Below are positions 11,170 through 23,784 of a stretch of DNA of 64,000 nucleotides, one piece after another. The position numbers and the translations under genes were made by a program. The first letter of the stretch is position 1. Every line of letters starts with the position of its first letter. The notes under the pieces were generated by a model. That model saw nothing but the letters and a program-made list of their open reading frames with translations. It was not told where the DNA came from and did no database searches. The DNA is from Chiloscyllium plagiosum (lineage: Eukaryota). The stretch covers positions 103,612,631-103,676,630 of the forward strand of contig NC_057717.1 of assembly GCF_004010195.1 (NCBI RefSeq), given 5' to 3'.

Positions 11170-12030
11170 CTGGAATACAGATCCCAGTCAGTGAAGTGAA
11201 GACAAACATTTTTTACAAATATGCTCCCCTCCCACATATTTGAAAAAAGCGGGAAACTGACTCCGTCCACTCCTCACACGCCCCCACTCCCCACGTCCAA
11301 CTATTTTCCTTGGTCAGGAGACCAGCTGAGTTGGTGTGGGACACTGTTGAGTGATGCCACAGATGGACAGCAAACAGGGTGAGATGTTTAAGAGCTATCA
11401 TACGGAAAACTTGGCATAACGAGACCGGGAGTTGGTTTAGAAGCTTCGACATTTGAAAGCCATTTGGCACACCCAGTGGTCATGCAGCTCCTGAAAGAGG
11501 GAGGGAAGTCAGTGCGAAAATGGAGCCTGCACCCAGGTAGGAGAAGAGTGTTGAAGGACACCCTCATGGGGTCAGTGGGTGTGATTAAACACACAATCCT
11601 CGCTGGCCTGGGAGCAACTCAGTATCCATCAGGTTCACCACCCCTGCTTGCTCTTTTAACCTGACTGCCTCCAGGATGGGGATCTACGGGGTGAGGGTGG
11701 GGGTGGTGGAAGGGGGTAAGGTTGCTCTTAAGCTCCTCAAACTGATTGCCCTACAGACGCTTGTGCTTGGGTTCCATTTCAGCTGAGAATGGGTACATGT
11801 CCGGGAGGAAAGCAGCAAAACCAGAGCAGGGATTCCAGCTGCCCGTTACCCAATAGGGTCTTCATTAAGAAAGGGGATATTGTTGACCTATGGGCAGGGC
11901 AGGAACTGGGATGTCCTCTATGCTTGCTCACTCTGCTCAACATGGCGAGATGGTGGTGTAGAGGTGATGAAACCCATCTCAGTTCCAGTAACCCTGCCCA
12001 TTTAGGGCCACGGGTTCAAATCCCACTGTA

Positions 12031-12400
12031 GAATAGAATTCCTACAGTGTGGAAACAGGCCCTTTGGCCCAACAAGTCCATACTGACCCTCCAAAGAGTA
12101 ACCCACCCAGACCCATTCACCTATCCTGTTGCTCTACATTTTCTCCACGACTAATGAACCTAAACATTCCTCTACATTTTCTCCCTGACTAATGCACACA
12201 TCGCTGAACACTATGGACAATTTTAGCACCGCCAAGTCATCTTCAGACTATGGGAGGAAACCAGAGCACCCGGAGGGGCCCAATACAGACACGTCAAAAA
12301 CATGTAACTCTACACAGACGGTCGCCCGAGGCTGGAATTGAACCCGGATCCCTGGTACTGTGAGGCAGCAGTGCTAACCACTGAGCCACCATGCCACCCC
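12031..12400 (-). mobile_element. HE1/V-SINE-like tRNA SINE
   Basis: Reverse complement of the ggtggctcagtggttagcactgctgcctcacag head, degenerate V-domain and CR1-like tail. Confidence 0.8.
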
Positions 12401-12852
12401 TCATGGTTGCTGATGGAAATTAAGCTCAAGTTTAATTAGGGTGGATTATTAAGTTAGACATCAGTGATGGTGATGATGGAGTTATAAGCAATTGTCTTAA
12501 TAACCAATCAGGTTCACTGTTGTCCTTGAGGGAAGGAAATCTGCCACTCTTACCCAGTCTGTCCTATATGTGACTCCAGGCTTACAGCAATGTGTTTGAA
12601 CCTTAGCCATCCTCTGAAATGGGTGAGGAAGCCAGTCAGTTTTAGAGTAATTAGAGAGGGCCTTGCCACAGTCATAGAGCCATGGAGATGTACAGCACGG
12701 AAAATGACCCTTCGGTCCAACTCGTCCATGCCGATCATAGATCCTAAATTAATCTAGCCCCATTTGCCATCCCATAAGTGAATAAAGGACAATTCCTCCT
12801 CAGTAGCAGATTGATTCAGGAGGAGAGGGACAGAGAGAATGAGAGCTCATAC

Positions 12853-12961
12853 CGCGGACAATGCAACCTCAGGCCTCATCAGATCTTCATAAATTTCACC
12901 TCCTTCATCATCCTCATTTTCCACACAATCATAAAGGTCATCATCTTCCTCTCCAGTGTCA
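12853..12961 (-). CDS. vav1: VAV1-like exon 5 (acidic region): DTGEEDDDLYDCVENEDDEGGEIYEDLMRPEVALSA
   Basis: 109 nt, cccaacag| and |gtatga, phase 2/0. Contains DLYDCVENE (Tyr160-equivalent) and EIYEDLM (Tyr174-equivalent). Confidence 0.96.
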
Positions 12962-13097
12962 CTGTTGGGATAAAAGGATACGGGATCATGTGAAAAGAGA
13001 GGTAGCCACAGCAAACTCCGAAGTCTACTTCAATAGGATCTACCTCCACACTTCACCACAGGCAACAAGTGAGGCTCAACAACTGAGGCGTCAATGT

Positions 13098-13560
13098 TAT
13101 AGAGTCACAGAGACGTATAGCAAGGAAACAGACCCTTCGGTCCAACTCATCCATGCCGACCAGATATCTTGAGTTAATCTAGTCCCATTTGCCAACACTT
13201 GGCTCATATCCCTCTAATCCCTTCCTATTCATATACCCATCCAGATTCCTTTTAAATGTTGTGATTGTACCAGCCTCCACCACTTCCTCTGGCAGCTCAT
13301 TCCATACACGCACCACCCTCTGTGTGAACAAGTTGCCCCTTAGGTCCCTTTTAAATCTTTCCCCTCTCACCGTAAACCTATACCCTCTAGTTTTTGATTG
13401 CCCCATCCCAGGGATAAGACCTTGTCTATTTATCCTATCCAATGCCCCTCATGATTTTATAAACCTGTATAAGGTCAGCCCTCAGCTTCTGATGCTCCAG
13501 GGAAAACGGCCCCAGCCTGTCCAGCCTTTCCCCATAGCTCAAACCCTCCAACCCCGGCAC
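13098..13560 (-). mobile_element. CR1 LINE 3' fragment
   Basis: ORF 13179..13442 encodes a CR1 ORF2 C-terminus. Confidence 0.85.
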
Positions 13561-14451
13561 CATAGTGGTCTGAATGCTGATTAGTTGATACGTGGAAAAT
13601 TCTCATCAAATCTTGCTCTTGGCTGATCAGTTTTCCCAGTACAGCATAGGTACAGAGAGAAGACCTCTTTAGTTGCAGCTCTCAGTGTGTAGACTACAGG
13701 GTCAGTGGGCATGCCAGGTTACAACAAGCCAAACTGAACCAACCAATCATGACTAATATGCCTTTACATCATAGCTTTCACAAGGTAAAGCATCCCAAGT
13801 TGACTCATTCCTGGGATGAGGAGTTATTCTTTGAGAGAAGGTTGGACAGGTCAGACCACCGGAACTTTGAAGAATGAAACATAAAAGGGACTCAGGGACA
13901 TGACAGGATATACACAGTCTGGATGTTTGTGTTGTCTGTGTATTGCGCCTTTAAGATGTTCCATCTTTAAGGATTCCATGTGCTATGTGTACACAATGTT
14001 GCAGCTCTGCCTACCATGGCATTGCAAAATGCACACATACATAAATTTGTTGCTTTGATATAATGTCTGCTTCGTAACTTATTGTGTGCTTTACTGTTTT
14101 TAAAACAAAACTAAGTCACAGAGTTAATCAGTCCTCGAAGTGAGACTGATCATTGAACTATTATCAGCAGGAGTGTCTCCGCCTGTGGGATAGACAACAA
14201 TAAGAGGTCTCCTTTTGAAGACAGAGATGGGGATTTGGTTTTCTTTCAGAGGGCTGTGACATTCTCTTCCTCAAAGAATAGTGGAGGCAGGGTCATTGAA
14301 TACATTCAAGGCTGAGTTAGACAGATTCTGATGGACAAAGGAATTAAAGTCTATTGAGGGCAGACTGGGAAGTGGGGTTAAGGCCACAACCAAATCAACC
14401 AAGATGTTATTGCATGGCCCAAAGGGCCGAATGGCCTTACCCTGCTCTGAA

Positions 14452-14765
14452 GGGCGGCATGGTGGCACAGTGGTTAGCACTGCTGCCTCAGAGCGCCAGA
14501 AACGCGGGTTCAATTGTCGACTCAGGCTCTAACTGTGTGGAGTTTGCACATTCTCCCCGTGTCTGCGTGGGTTTCCTCCGGGTGCTCCGGTTTCCTCCCA
14601 CAGTCCAAAGATGTGCAGGTCAGGTGAATTGGCCATGCTAAATTGCCCGTAGTGTTAGGTAAAGGGGTAAATGTAAGGGTATGGGTGGGTTGCGCTTCGG
14701 CGGGTCGGTATGGACTTGTTGGGCCGAAGGGCTTGTTTCCACACTGTAAGTAATCTAAATCTAAA
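14452..14765 (+). mobile_element. Full-length HE1/V-SINE-like tRNA SINE
   Basis: A box tggcacagtgg, B box gggttcaattg, V-domain tgtgtggagtttgcacattctccccgtgtctgcgtgggtttcctccggg, taatcta tail. Confidence 0.88.
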
Positions 14766-14789
14766 TACTTAATCTAAATACCTGTCTTG

Positions 14790-15240
14790 GACAGGATCCA
14801 GAGGAGGTTTACAAGAATGACCCCAGTGATGAAGGGCTTGTCATGTGAGGAACGGTTGAAGATTCTGGGTCTGTACTAGAAAGATGAAACTTACAGAAGT
14901 CTGGATAGAGTGGACGTGGAGGAGATGTTTCCGTCAGTAGGAGAGACTAGGACCTGAGTGCACAGCCTCAGGGTGAAGGGACGACCCTTTAGAACTGAGA
15001 GGAGGGGGAATTTTGTCAGCCAGAGGGTGGGGAATCTGGGGAACTCATTGCTGCAGAAGGATGTGGAGGCCAAGTCATTGAGTGTATTTAAGACAGAGAC
15101 AGATAGGTTCTTGATTAACAAAGGGATCAAGGGTTACAGGGAGATGGGAGGAGAATGGGGTTGAGAAACATATCAGTCATAATCAAATGGCGAAGCAGAC
15201 TCAATGGGCCGAATGGCCTGATTCTGCTCCCTTAGTCTTA
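14790..15240 (+). mobile_element. CR1 LINE 3' fragment
   Basis: ORF 14958..15164 encodes HSLRVKGRPFRTERRGNFVSQRV. Confidence 0.8.
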
Positions 15241-15785
15241 CTAATTTAGAAACTAATGCCAGCATGGTCAGCATGGGCATGGTGGGCCAAATGGCCTGTC
15301 CCTGAGCTGTACTGTTCAATGTTCATAGGAGCGTTACCTGACAAAGGCTGACATTGTGCTACATAAGGAGATATTAGGACAGGTTAAAGTTTGGCTCAGG
15401 AAGTTATTTTAAAGGAAGATCTGAATAGAAGAGGGAGACAGAAGACAGTGGGGTGAAGAGCTCAAGGAAGGGAAGTTAACAATCCAGCAGCTTAAGACGA
15501 GGCCACCCACAGTAATGAAACTAAAGGCGAGAATTGGAGGAACCCTGAGATTGTTGAGAATTGCGGAACTGGAAAAATGTTTGAGGTCGACCTTTGAAGG
15601 ATTGGAAACACCAGAGCAGATATGTGTAAACTCCAAGCTTTGTCAGACCGGTGTGAGTGTTGATCAGTGAGCAGTGGGAGCTTGGTAAATGGGACGTGCA
15701 GGTTAGGACGGGAGCAGCAGGCTTGATGAAATGTCATGTTTGCAGAGGGCGCAGGGTAAGAAAGATACAGCACTCTGTAACTTAC

Positions 15786-15851
15786 TCAATGACGTCAGAA
15801 AGACCACTGTAGATATCATCATCAGCCAAGCTGTCTTCTGTTGGAAAGGAA
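15786..15851 (-). CDS. vav1: VAV1-like exon 4 (acidic region): SFPTEDSLADDDIYSGLSDVI(D)
   Basis: 66 nt, ttattctag| and |gtaagt, phase 2/2. DIYSGLSD is the VAV1 Tyr142 motif. Confidence 0.94.
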
Positions 15852-15928
15852 CTAGAATAAAGATAGATTCTGATCATTTTCTTCATATGACATGCAATTC
15901 TCCCATAAATATGACAGCTGTTTAAATA

Positions 15929-16053
15929 GTATCCTGATGAAGGGCTTTTGCCCGAAACGTTGGTTTTCCTGCTCCTCAGATGCTGCCTGACCTGTTGTGC
16001 TTTTCCAGCGCCACACTAATCTTGACTCTAATCTCCAGCATCCACTTTCACCT
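15929..16053 (+). mobile_element. Family B PLE-derived insert with about 13-bp TSD
   Basis: agctgtttaaata at 15916-15928 and agctgtttgaata at 16054-16066. Confidence 0.75.
15931..15964 (+). ncRNA. Minimal hammerhead motif (family B)
   Basis: ATC-CTGATGA-A-GGGC TTTT GCCC-GAA-ACGT-T-GGT. Confidence 0.7.
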
Positions 16054-16824
16054 AGCTGTTTGAATATCCTGTTCGGACAATAGGGGTTAGCAGATGCAGC
16101 TGAAGACACATGGCCAAGGAGAGAGAGAGGGATGGGGGCAAAGGGTTTAACTTCCAGTAAAGAGTTACCGTTGACCTCAAAGAAAAACATATTTTCATAA
16201 CAATTCAGCCAGTAAAGCTGCTACAGTCAAATCAAAATCTTTAGCAAAAACAGAAATAATTTGCTTAGATTCTCATAAATTTACCAGGTTTTCTGGGGGA
16301 GTTCCATGAAGGTAGAGACAAGGAATACTCCGGTAAGTAAAATAAATAAATAAATAAATAGATAAATAAATAAATGACCTTGCACATAGGAATAGCTGTA
16401 TCACGGCTTGGCAATGGGTTAAGTGGAAACTTTCAATGTTCCCCACTAACAGGATGCAGCCATCAGGCAATACAGACGCTCAGCCCCATCACCCAAGTGG
16501 GTAATGTGGTATATGATTTTTAGTGCTAGCGAGATGCCGGGCTTTCCATCTCAAAGACTAATGGATCACATCACACGGATGTCCCTTTGGCTGTTCAATA
16601 TAAAAATGTTGTTCACCTTCCCATTGGTATTCTTGCAAAATGTCCTGATGAATAAGTGATGAAAAGACTTGACAAACTGTCACGGGTAACCTTCAGATGT
16701 CGAATCCTTGACCATCTTTATAGAGACTCATTAAGTATTTACCCTATTGTGTCTGAACAATGCATACACTGTTCAGAAGGAGAGTAAGATTAAGTGGTGA
16801 TAGCCATGTGGAGATTCCACTTAC

Positions 16825-16883
16825 CAGATCCCTTTCCTTTGCGCTATAGGAGTATATGATAAATAGGACAGAGTGTCGATGAC
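16825..16883 (-). CDS. vav1: VAV1-like exon 3: VIDTLSYLSYTPIAQRKGI(C)
   Basis: 59 nt, ctctttcag| and |gtaagt, phase 0/2. Resembles VAV1 VIYTLSALSWTPIAQNRGI. Confidence 0.93.
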
Positions 16884-17869
16884 CTGAAAGAGAGTGAGGA
16901 AAGAGAGTTACCTCCAAATCCATCCAGCTCAAGAATGCACCAAATATTGGTCAGTGATCCCGACCAACTCAATCTTGAGGTGACTGACTGTCAGGTTAGA
17001 GGAGACATTGCAAACCAATTATCAGAACTGGAGAAAAGATGGAAGGTAATGAAGGCTAGTACAGAACAAACCATGCACCCTGTACCCTGGGAAAGTGAGA
17101 ATTCACAGATTCATTCAGACGAACATAGGGGCGTGGATTGAAAGGAGGGGGCAGGAGGTTCAGAGAGGATGTGAGGGAAGCAATGTTTTCACTCAGGGTA
17201 GTAGATGCAGAGAGAGTTTGGTGCTGGAAAAGCACAGCAGGTCAGGCAGCATCCGAGGAGCTGGAGAATCGACGTTTCAGCTGCCTGACCTGCTGTGCTT
17301 TTCCAGCACCACACTCGACTTTGATCTCCAGCATCTGCAGTCCTCACTTTCTCCTGGTCAAGGCAGAGATCCTTGTAAAAGTGAAAAAACATTTAGATTT
17401 GCACTTGCAATGCCAAGCGAAGGGGCCAAGTGTTGGGAAATGACATGAGAGTAATTAGGTGGTTGTTGGACTAGCACAGTTTCAACGGGCCGCAGGGTCC
17501 TTTTCAGTGCTGTACACATCTGAAACTCTAAATACTTCACGAAATAGGAACAAGCCTTATGTCCCCCAACATTTCTGTATTGGTATTTATCCTCCAGGTG
17601 AGAAAATAGCCCGTCCTTTACCCATTGTCTTTCACCCGCACGTCCGATCTAATCTTCAAATGGCAGTGCGATTGACACCTTTCTCCCTCTCACACCCCAT
17701 ACCCCAGTGGAGAAGTGCTCACATAACTCCATGGTGAGGCCAGGGAGTAGACTTTGTTGCCACAGCTGGGAAACAGTAGGATAGTTGTGAGGCCTAGGTC
17801 CAAAGATTTGGATTCAAATCCCATCTCATACAGCGGCTGGTGGCACTTCAGTCCAATGAGATTGAAAGC

Positions 17870-19170
17870 TAGTCTCCTGGTGACCCTGACATCAGTGGTG
17901 GGTATGTTGTTGGAGGGGAGTCAAAGAGACTGGATTTACAAGCATTTGGAGGGACAATGACTGATTAGAGATAGTCAGCATGGTTTTGTGGGTGGGAAAT
18001 CATGTCTCACAAATGTGACTGAGCATTTTGAGGATGTTACCAAGAAGGTAGATGAGGGCAGAGCAATAAACGTCATCTACATTGACTTTAAAAAGGCAAG
18101 TTCTGCATGGAAGTCTGGTTATTAGTGAAGTTCGATCATGTGGGATCCAGGGACAGCTAGCTAACTGGAAACAAAATTGGCTTGACGGTGGGAGACAGAG
18201 GGTGGTGGTGGAGGATTGTTTTGCGGACTGGAGGCCTGCGAGCAATGGTGTTTCGCAGGGATCTATACAAGGTCCACTGTTTGTCATTTGTGGGTGAGAA
18301 CTTAGGAAGCACAGTTAGTCATTTTTACGCATGACGCCAATATTGGTGATAGAGTAGACAGAGAATAAGGTTATCTAAGAGTACAATGGAATCTTGATTA
18401 GCTGGGCCAGTGGGCCGAGGAGTGGCAGATGAAGTTTAATTCAGATAAACGTAAGGTATTGCATTTTGGCAAGGAAAAGAAAGTCTGTTGTCAAACAGAG
18501 AGACCTAGAGTGTCAGATACATGGTTCCTTGAAGGTGGAGTCACAGATAGTGAAGAAGGCATTTGGTACACTTGCCTTCACTGGTCAGAGCATTGAGTAT
18601 AGGGGCGTCATGTCATGTAGTACAGGACACTGGTGAGGCCTCTTTTAGAATACTGTGCCCAGTTCTGATAGCCCTGCAACAGGGAGGATATTAATAAATT
18701 GGAAAGGGTGAGGAAAAGGTGTACCAGGGTGTTGCTGGGATTGCAGCATTTGAGAAAAAAGAAGAGGATGGATCGGCTCAGTGGAGCGCTGGAGTTTGAG
18801 GGGTGACCTTATAGAGTTTCATAAAACCATGAGGAGCTTATATAAGGTGAATAGGAAAGGTCTTTTCCCGAGGGTGGGGGAGTTCAAAACTAGGGAGCAT
18901 AGGTTTAAGGTGAGAGGGGAAAATTTAAAAGGGGTCTAAGGGGCAACTTTTTCACCCAGAGGGTGGTTCGTGTGTGGAATCAACTGTCAGAGGAAGTGGC
19001 AGATGCAGATACAGTTATAACATTTAAATGGCACCTGGACAAGTACATGAGTAGGAAAGGTTTTGAGGGATATGGGCCAAACGCAGGGAAATAGGACTGG
19101 TTTAGTTTGAGAAACCTGGCCAGCATAGACAAGTTGGACCAAAGGGTTTGTTTCCCATGCTGTTTGACTC
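17870..19170 (+). mobile_element. Decayed CR1 LINE (RT to 3' end)
   Basis: NWLDGGRQRVVVEDCFADWRP..GVSQGS..GP, with many frameshifts. Confidence 0.85.
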
Positions 19171-19947
19171 TGTTGATTGTTGTAAAAACCCACCTAGTTC
19201 ACCGATGTCCTTTAAGGAAGGAAATCTGCCATCCTTACCTGGTCTGGCCTACATGTGACTCCAGACCCACAGCAAAGGGTTTGACATTTAATAGCCCATG
19301 GTAAGCGTATATAGTGATGGGTAACAAATGTTACCCATGACAGCAATGCCAATATCCCAGAAATAATACAATAAATAGCTTGACAGTGCTCTCAGTTATA
19401 GACATCACCTTCCCTGCTGGGGTATTTCTGAACTTAATCAATGCAGAACTCGCTCAGTAAAAAAAAATGCAGCTGAACCCAAACCAGAAAAAAAAAGCCT
19501 TTCTCTGTGAAAGGTCTGACTTCCGATATGTAGAAAGTTAAGAATAATTACTCCACACTTTGACTCACAGCCGAAACTGGTTTGTAACATTTCCTTCTTT
19601 CACAATACTTGCTGTCAGCCAAGCTAACACTCCAGTGAGAGGGTTACCAAACTGAACCTGCATCCCAGTCTCTCCCTCACACCTGCAAACTTTGCCCCGG
19701 GGAGGGGAGGTGTGGGTTTGTTCTGGAAGCTTCTATCGACACAATACCTGATGATTGTTTTCATTGCAGCCCCTCCTCTGCTTCTTCACTCTGTTCTGTA
19801 AAATGCAGGGTTTCAGCCATAACTTGCATTATCTCACGCACATCATTTCTTTCTGATTTAAAACACTTGCCCATCCATCCCTTCCCACCAATCACACTCC
19901 AATGCCCTAATACTAGCCAAAGTAAGTTAGCTTTCTTTAGCTTTAAT

Positions 19948-20700
19948 ATTTACAAGGACATTGACAGGGTTGGAGGGTTTGAGCTATAGGGAGAGGCTGA
20001 ACAGGCTGGGGGCTGTTTTCCCTTAAGCGTCGGAGGCTGAGGGGTGACCTTATAGAGGTTTATAAAATTACGACGGGCATGAATAGGATAAATAGACAAA
20101 GTCTTTTCCCTGATGTCGGAGAGTCCAGAACTAGAGGGCATAGGTTTAGGATGAGAGGGGAAAGATATAAAAGAGACCTAAGGGGCAACTTTTTCACGCA
20201 GAGGGTGGTACGTGTATGGAATGAGCTGCCAGAGGAAGTGGTGGAGGCTGGTACAATTGCAACATTTAAGAGGCATTTGGATGGGGATATGAATAGTTGA
20301 AAAATGTCGTGCTAGAAAAACACAGCAGGCTAGGCAGCATCCGAGGAGCAGGAGAATCGATGTTTCGGGCATAAGCCCTTCTTCAGGATTCCTGAAGAAG
20401 GGCTTATGCCCGAAATGTCGATTCTCCCCATTCCTGAAGAAGGGTTTATGCCTGAAACGTTGATTCTCCTGCTCCTCGGATGCTGCCTGGCCTGCTGTGT
20501 ATTTCCAGCACTACATTTTTCAACTCTGGTACTCCAGCATCTGCAGTCCTCACTTTCTCCTGGGGATATGAATAGGAAGGGTTTGGAGGGATATGGGCCG
20601 GGTGCTGGCAGGTGGGACTAGATTGGGTTGGGATATCTGGTCGGCATGGACAGGTTGGACCGAAGGGTCTGTTTCCATGCTGTACATCTCTATGACTCTA
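19948..20700 (+). mobile_element. CR1 3' fragment carrying a nested PLE-derived insert (20297-20560)
   Basis: ORF 20079..20300 encodes a CR1 C-terminus; the CR1 sequence resumes after a 15-bp TSD. Confidence 0.85.
20354..20391 (-). ncRNA. Minimal hammerhead motif (family B)
   Basis: Reverse complement GAATC-CTGAAGA-A-GGGC TTAT GCCC-GAA-ACAT-C-GATTC, with a 5-bp stem I. Confidence 0.7.
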
Positions 20701-22019
20701 TGCTGGCTAGCAATAATAACATGTATTGCCGTCCTTAATTGCCCCTGGAGAAGGTGGGGGTGAGCTGCATTCTTGATCCACTGCAGTCCAGGTGCTGTAG
20801 GTTGACCCACAATCCCCTTACGGAGGTAATTCCTGGATTTTGACCCAGCGACACCAAAGGAATGGCGATATAAGACCATAAGAGATAGGAACACGTGTAG
20901 GCCATTCTGCTTGGCTATTCTACGCAATCATAGCTGATTTGGTGATCTTCAATGCCTTATCTCCCTCACCCTTGATTTTCCTTACTGTCTATCTCAGCCT
21001 TAAAAATGCAACCTCTCCAGCCCTGTATGGTAAAGAATTCCACAGATTCAGCAATATCTGAGAGATAAAAAGTTCCTCCTAACCTGGCGCTCCCTTGCTC
21101 TGAGATTACGATCCAAGACTCCCTCACACAGGGAAACACTTCATTCACATCTACCCCGAAACCTGTTATAATTTCACTAAGGTATCCTCGCAATTCCAAT
21201 ATTTCTAAGTCAGGATAAGAGTGGTTCGGAGTGGAACATAGTGTTCTCTTATGTCTGTTGTCCTTGTCCTTCTGATTGTGGGTTTGGGAACTACAGTCAT
21301 AATAGCTTGGGCAGGTTGCTACAGCGCAACCTAGAGATGGCAACACAGCAGTGTGCTCTACTGGTTTCTCAATCAATCAAGCCTTGAAGGCTGAATGGAT
21401 CCCATGACTTTTTACTGATTGCGAGACCAGCTGTCTGACTGCACATTCCGATAACTGCTTCTGTCACGGGCACTGGGAAACACCACATCTAGTGAAAGGG
21501 AAAAACCTTCACAAAGTCTCACAACATCTGATGAGAAGTCTTAGACAGCCGAAAAAGAAGGGTTATTTTTGTCTCACTGCATTTTTATTTGAAATTAGTT
21601 TGCTCAATTTTCACAGCCTCTTCCGTTGCTGACTCTGCGCTGAGTGGGGAGTTGGCAAAGTCTAAACAGAGCGCAAAGAAGCAGAGCACGCAATACCCGA
21701 ATCACAGCCAGAGTGTGCTCCTTTAACTCCACTGGCAAACATCCTTGGGGTTGCTTTGGAGATGGCCAGGGCTTGGGGCAGAAGGAGGGACTGCAGAATT
21801 TTGCAATAGGGCGAATGGTTGGTAACACTCTGGGAAGAGTTCAGCAGTGTCAGTCACAGAATGATCACCCAGAGGGTTTTGGGGGGGGGGGGGCAGCGGT
21901 CGGAATGCATTCACTGCCAGGGGAGTTGAAGTAGGAAATTTCACAGTCTTTAGAAACTCAGATGATCATTTGAAGCACCGTAATACTCAAGCTTGTGGGC
22001 CTTGTGCGCAAGTGGGACC

Positions 22020-22345
22020 ACTCAGAATCTCCACAGCATGGATACAGGTCATTCGACCCAAAGAGTCCACCCCAACCTCCATAACGTATCCTGCCCAGAT
22101 CCATCCCTGCATTTCCCATGGCCAATCCACTCTAACCTGCACATCCCTGAACACTACGGGCAATTTAGCATGGCCAATTCACCCTGACCTGCACACCTTT
22201 GGATTGTGGGAGGAAACCGGAGCACCCGGAAGAAACCCACGCAGACTCGGGGAGAACGTGCAAACTCCACACAGTCAGTCACCCGAGGCTGGAATCGAAC
22301 CCGGGTTCCCTGTGAGGCAGCAGTGCTGACCACTGAGCCAACCTG
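22020..22345 (-). mobile_element. HE1/V-SINE-like SINE
   Basis: Reverse-complement V-domain and tRNA head. Confidence 0.8.
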
Positions 22346-22539
22346 TCACCTTAACGTTGTCAAGTGATGTATTTTGGAAGGTGCAGACTGGATAGGCCAA
22401 AGGGCCTTTCTGAATGTATGATTCTCTGATTCTAACACCTTCCCCCAGTGTTAACTCCATCCACTACAAGACCCATTGTCAGAGGTGGGGTGTTGGTGGA
22501 CAACCCAGGGTGTCGAACTGGTTGCAAAAAGCAATCCTC

Positions 22540-23312
22540 AAGGTCTACATTTGGTAAAATAAACAAGGAAAGACTTACACAAACAATGGTAGGGCCCTGA
22601 GTAGTGCTGTAAAACAGAGAGACCCAGGGGTTCATTCTTTGAAATTTGCATCACAGATAGAAGGGGTGGTTAAGAAGACCTTTAGCATGCTTGCCTTCAT
22701 TGCTCAGACCTTTGAGTACAGGAAGCTATGTTGAGGTTGTACAGGACGTTGGTGAGGCATCTTCTGGAGCACTCTGTCCAGTTCTGGTCACCCTGTTACA
22801 GGAAGGGTATTATTAAACTGGAGAGGGTTCAGAGAAGATTTACCCTGAGGTTGCTGGGAATGGACGGTTTGAGATATAAAAAAGAGACTGGAAAGGCATG
22901 GAACTTTATTCACTGGAGTGTGGGAGACTGATGGTGACTTTATTGATGTTTACAAAATCATGAGGGGCATAGATAAGGTGATTGACAAGGATTTTTCCCT
23001 AGGGTGGGATGGTGTCAAAACTAGTGGCATATTTTTAAGGTGAGAGGAGAAAAACTTAAAAAGGACTTGAGGGGCAACTTCTTCATGCAGAGGGTGGTAC
23101 GTGTATGGAATGAGCTGCCTGAGGAAGTGGTGGAGGCTGGTACAATTACAACATTTAAAAGGCATCTGGATGGGTTAATGAATAGGAAGGGTTTGGAGGG
23201 ATATGGACCAATTGCCAGCAAATGGGGACTAGATTAACTTAGGATATCTGGTCAGCATGGACGAGTTGGACCGAAGGGTCTGTTTCCATGCTTTATGACC
23301 CTATGACTCTAC
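22540..23312 (+). mobile_element. CR1 LINE 3' fragment
   Basis: ORFs 22728..22931 (LYRTLVRHLLEHSVQFWSP) and 23040..23237. Confidence 0.85.
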
Positions 23313-23784
23313 AACACAAGAAAAGGCCCTTCAGCCCATCGAGTCTGCATTGGGCAAAGACAATCATCTAACTATTCTAATCCCATTGCCTTGTGTGCCC
23401 TGTGCACATCGAAATCCTTCCTCCATGTGATGAGGGTTTCTGCCCCTCCCACGCTCACAGACAGTGAGTTCCAGACTCCTAACACCCTCCGGGTGGAGAA
23501 ACCTCTCGTCCACCTCCTCCATTTGTTTTACCAAATGCAATACCCAAACGTAGACCCCGAGGATTGTTCTTTTGTCACCTCCTCCTCTAAACCTCCTACC
23601 ACTTACCTTCAATCTACACTCCCTGATCATTGAACCCTCCACCAAGGGTGAAACATTCCTTCCTGCCTGTGCTATCCATGATCCAGAAATGGTTGGAAAT
23701 GAACCAGTTCCTGCAGGAAGTCCATTTTGAGGTACACAAGTGGGGTCAGCGCGATAAATCCCATTTGCAACTTCTCCTGGTCTT

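Noticed and set aside
14452..14525. tRNA gene
   Set aside because: The A/B-box head continues directly into a V-SINE body and LINE-like tail, so it is a SINE.
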